Source: Callorhinchus milii (lineage: Eukaryota). Taken from it: a stretch of DNA of 64,000 nt. Numbering within the stretch: position 1 is the first letter of the stretch; the number at the start of each line of letters is the position of its first letter. The notes below the pieces were generated by a model. It searched no databases. It had not been told where the DNA came from and was given only the letters and a program-made list of their open reading frames with translations. This document shows positions 60,139 through 64,000 of the stretch, in pieces. The stretch spans positions 30,816,001 to 30,880,000 of the forward strand of contig NW_024704743.1 in assembly GCF_018977255.1 (NCBI RefSeq). The letters are read 5' to 3'. The position numbers and the translations under genes were made by a program.

Positions 60139-63100
60139 ACTTTGGGGTCAGCATTATATTTTGTGATCTGGTTGCCCAGTGTGGCAAGTGGTTTACAGAA
60201 AGATACTATGGGTCAGTTCAGCTCAGTTAGTTGCACTCCACTCTCGGCATCAGAAGGTTATGGGCTCAAGCCCCATGTATTTTTTGGGGATGAGCCTGAC
60301 ACATGCAGGAACCCACCACCATATTTAAAAATATCCAAATCTGATTGTGAGTTCCACATATAAATGCCTCTTACACAGATATTTCCTTTGAATGGAATAT
60401 ACACGATGTCCCTGGAGGGAAGCACCATTTTACCCAATTCCAGAGAATATTAAATGCAGGTTGATAAGAGCCAAGGGTTAGGGATCCTAGAGTGTGCATT
60501 GGCGTACTGCTGGAATTCAACCAGCTAAAACTGTACAGCTTGTCATCGAGAGCAGTGTTTGGCAATCTTCCCATTCCCTGTCCAGCTAGAACCACCCTGC
60601 CCATTACGACTCTGATTTGCAGGTTAATTGGAGCTGAGTGGGAAGAATCCCTAGAGGTGAGCTGTGAACATGAATTCCCAAACCATGCAAATTGGGCCAA
60701 TTGTCATTCAGTCATAAAATCCAAATTCTGGCAGCACAGTTCATATGATTTAAATGGCACCATATTTTCATGCTAGGATAGGTCTTCAGTTTTTACCATT
60801 CCACACGTGTACAATTCTATTTTTTAATGAGCTGCTGAGAAATTGCAGGCCCCCAATTTCCATAGATATTTTGTGGTGGGATACATCTAAGGTGTCTGGT
60901 CAAAGGAATCTTTTCATTGACAGCATCTTGTTTTCATTGGTGGTCTGGGAAAGAGGTTACTGTTTCTTTGGATAACTTGGGAAGATAGGAGTTGGGGTTA
61001 GGTATGGGGATCTCAGTGTCCTGCGGCTATTTTGTTGTTTTTCCTAGCAGGCCCTTAGATCTACAATCTGCAACCCCTAATTTTGGGTGGCCTGCCCTCG
61101 GAATCAGTCTGAATGCTTAGCAGCCATTGTTTTAACTACAAATGCCAAAGATAATTTTGGATAATTTGTCCGTCTACTGGGGCCACTTGCCTGAGTAATC
61201 AAGAACTGGATAGAATTCAGCTGCCTGGACTTTCCCGAGGCAAGCAGGCAATGGTTCACATAGAGACTTCTATGGAGGGGTCAATTACGTGGTTGCAGTA
61301 CTTTTGCTCGGGGCAGCTTTAAAGTAGGTAGATAATAGTCACTGAATGGATATGTGGAAAACATCACAACTCATGTAAAATGATGACAGCATGAGCAGAA
61401 TACATTCATAAGGTTTCTCCATAGCTTCTAAACAGAGGCCCAAGTGCTTACTCCAGAGGGAGAGAGGGAAGAAGGGAAGGAGAGCCTGCGTAGCCTACAC
61501 TTTGTAGCATTTGGTCGCAAAACAGCATTGACAAAAGCCTGAGCATGGAGGCCCCCTTTCATCACCCCTATTTCATAGAGTTGTCGCCTCGGAGAACACT
61601 AAAAAAATATAAATCCCACTTCCTTCAGCCTCCCCCTCCAAATTCCAGCTCTCGCTAGAGTCCTTCCTGCTCACAGTAAATGAAAGCTGACCTCTCATTC
61701 CTTGTTCCATGCCTCTCTTTTCCAGACCTCCAAAGCTTCATTCAATGGCACTAAACAGCAGCTTTAGGAACATAGCTGCTCTCGCATGAGGTCCCGCCTT
61801 ATCAGTGTAATGCTGCTGCTGCTGTCAAAAAAATATGTAATTGGCCCCGACTAGGGTTGATGGCTCAGCTAAAACTCGACTTCAGATTCCAATCCTTGGT
61901 AATTCAGATGGTCCAAATCTGCACTCTGGGGGAAACAAATTAACACGGCACATGAGTTTGGTGAAGAAAACTTCCATAAATCACCAGAGAAATACCTTGA
62001 AGATACATCAGCCAGACCACCATGATGTTTAAACTGTCAGTATGAGATTGAGCATGTGTGGAATTGACAAAAGCTGGGTGAGTCACCCACACTAATACGC
62101 AGTTCCATATTTCTTAAAGAGAGTCCCCACCTAAATCATCAAACTTGGGCCAAACAAATTGACGTACACGTAGATGCTTTGCCCAGAAAGAAAATCTGGA
62201 TCAGATACAATTTGCATTTTAAATGCAGGTTTGACCTTATGCAGGCCAATAAGTAATAATCATTGCATTTGATATAGCACTTTATCATGTTGAAATGTCT
62301 CAAAGCGCTTCACAGTAATTACTGTTGTCCTTGTAGGCAAACATGGCAACCAATTTCCAGACAGAAATGTCCCACAAACAGCTAGCAGGTAAAAATGATA
62401 TAGTTTCAGTTGAGTTGGGGTTCACTTTAGATTGACATTGGTAGTAAAACGATGATCAGAACCAGCTTTTCCTTCACCACCCATCTTGGGAGGCAAAGCA
62501 TTGGTTGGACAGTGACATAGCTTTGCTGAGCTGAATTATGACAAATATATCACTGAAATTAAATTGGGCGGTAACACACAAATGTGGTTTGGGCTAATAA
62601 CATACTGAGCCACTTGTGGACACGCACATAGCAGAGAAGCAGCCAGTCTCTCCTCATCACACTGTCCTCCTAATCACTAAATACAGTACCACCTGCAGCA
62701 CTCTGGAAATCCATAAATGTACATTGTCACAATCACATCCTTCTGGGGATATGAGCAGTATAATAGTTTGGTATAATCCAATATTTGACAGCACTTGCAG
62801 GAGGAGCTACAAATCTCAGCATTGCAAAAATATAAGAAGTCTCACAACTCACAGTTAATGAGTCTATAAAACACTCAATACAAAGGCTTACACGTCTAGG
62901 GCAACTTACAATCATTGAACTTTACAGCCCATCACGTTTGGTTGATGTTTTTCTCCGAGTGAGCCACCTAATCTAATACCACTTTCCTGCTTCTTGCCCA
63001 CACCCATTAATATTCTTTCATTACCTACAAATTACCTTCAAATCCAACAATTCCCTTCTGTTTAACCAATTGCTACAAAGCCACCTATCTGCTCACAACA

Positions 63101-63170
63101 CTGTAGATGTGCAAAGATACTTCAAAATAATTTAATCTAACCACAATTGAAATCCTTTCCATGGTGTAAC

Positions 63171-63563
63171 ATAACAATAATCCTTGCATTTGATGCAGCA
63201 CCTTATCACGTCTTCTAGACGTCTCAAAGCACTTCTCAGAATATACTGTAAAGTGAATTGACTGTATGTTTTGTGGGCAAAACGCGGCAGCCAATTTCGC
63301 ACAGCAGTGTCCTCCAAACAGTCGTGGATTGAGTGACCAAATCATTATTATTATTATTTATTGTTTAGTAGTTTTTGGAGGGATTATTACTGCCAGAAAA
63401 GTGATCAGCCAATTGACTAACAATCAGGTGCCTATTTGCTGCTAGGTAAACAAAGGCGTGTGGAGTAAGGAAACATGCCCAATGTTTCGCTCTGCCGGGA
63501 ATTGAACCCAGATCCTCTCACTTGTGAGGTAAGTCCTCTCAACACTAAGCTACAGGACTCCAC
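63171..63563 (-). mobile_element. Full-length tRNA-derived SINE (long subfamily)
   Basis: Head ..gctacaggactcc on the plus strand, with the shared body and tail. Confidence 0.9.
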
Positions 63564-63849
63564 TCATGGAGTGCATGGATGGATCCTGTCTTCCTCAATC
63601 GAAATACCACAATTCTACATCCTATTCAGCCTCCCAAAACAGTACCCCTAGAAGCTGGGAGAATGCCGAAGGTGAAGTAAAAGGAGAAAAGGTAGGTCCT
63701 GTATATGTGATTGATATGTCCAAAACTTCTATTCTACCGGAAGAATGTACTGCATTCATTACATAAAAACATAAAAGCACTTTACCATAAATTTCTTTGA
63801 GACGTTCTCCTGACATGAAAGGCACTATGTCAAATGCAAGGATTATTAG

Positions 63850-63960
63850 AAGGCTTAGTTGAGGAAGGGCAGGAGGAGACTCATGTGGAGCATCAACACC
63901 GGCATAGACCAGTTGGGCCGAATGGCCTGTTTCTGTGCTTGTATATTTTAATGGATTCTA
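63850..63960 (+). mobile_element. CR1-type 3' tail
   Basis: gggccgaatggcctgtttctgtgct..gattcta. Similar tails occur at ~43500-43552 and ~34090-34140. Confidence 0.65.
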
Positions 63961-64000
63961 GTGTATTATTAAGAAACTAATAGTAATAATAAATAATATT

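Overview
Vertebrate genomic DNA, probably from a cartilaginous fish. The repeat complement (tRNA-headed and Deu-type SINEs, L2 and CR1 LINEs) suggests a holocephalan or shark, which is inference. The only intact protein-coding gene is an intronless SOX4 on the minus strand (CDS 11416-12660, 414 aa), with an HMG box and the SoxC C-terminal transactivation motif. It has a ~2.7 kb 3' UTR ending at an AATAAA near 8726, a CCAAT/GC-box promoter at ~13.4-13.6 kb, and a second CpG-rich promoter-like element ~6 kb upstream (~19.4-19.8 kb). The gene lies in a ~19 kb CpG-rich, transposon-poor domain. The rest of the window is gene desert holding SINEs, L2/CR1 fragments, a ~200 bp HSP70 pseudogene fragment and several repeat-free candidate enhancers. 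I found no convincing new biological system. The best leads are the upstream promoter with a possible spliced leader, two repeat arrays beside the SOX4 promoter, a ~400 bp fold-back, a twice-occurring L2 chimera, and a 1 kb insert bounded by a 79-bp duplication. All alignments were done by eye and repeat boundaries are approximate.
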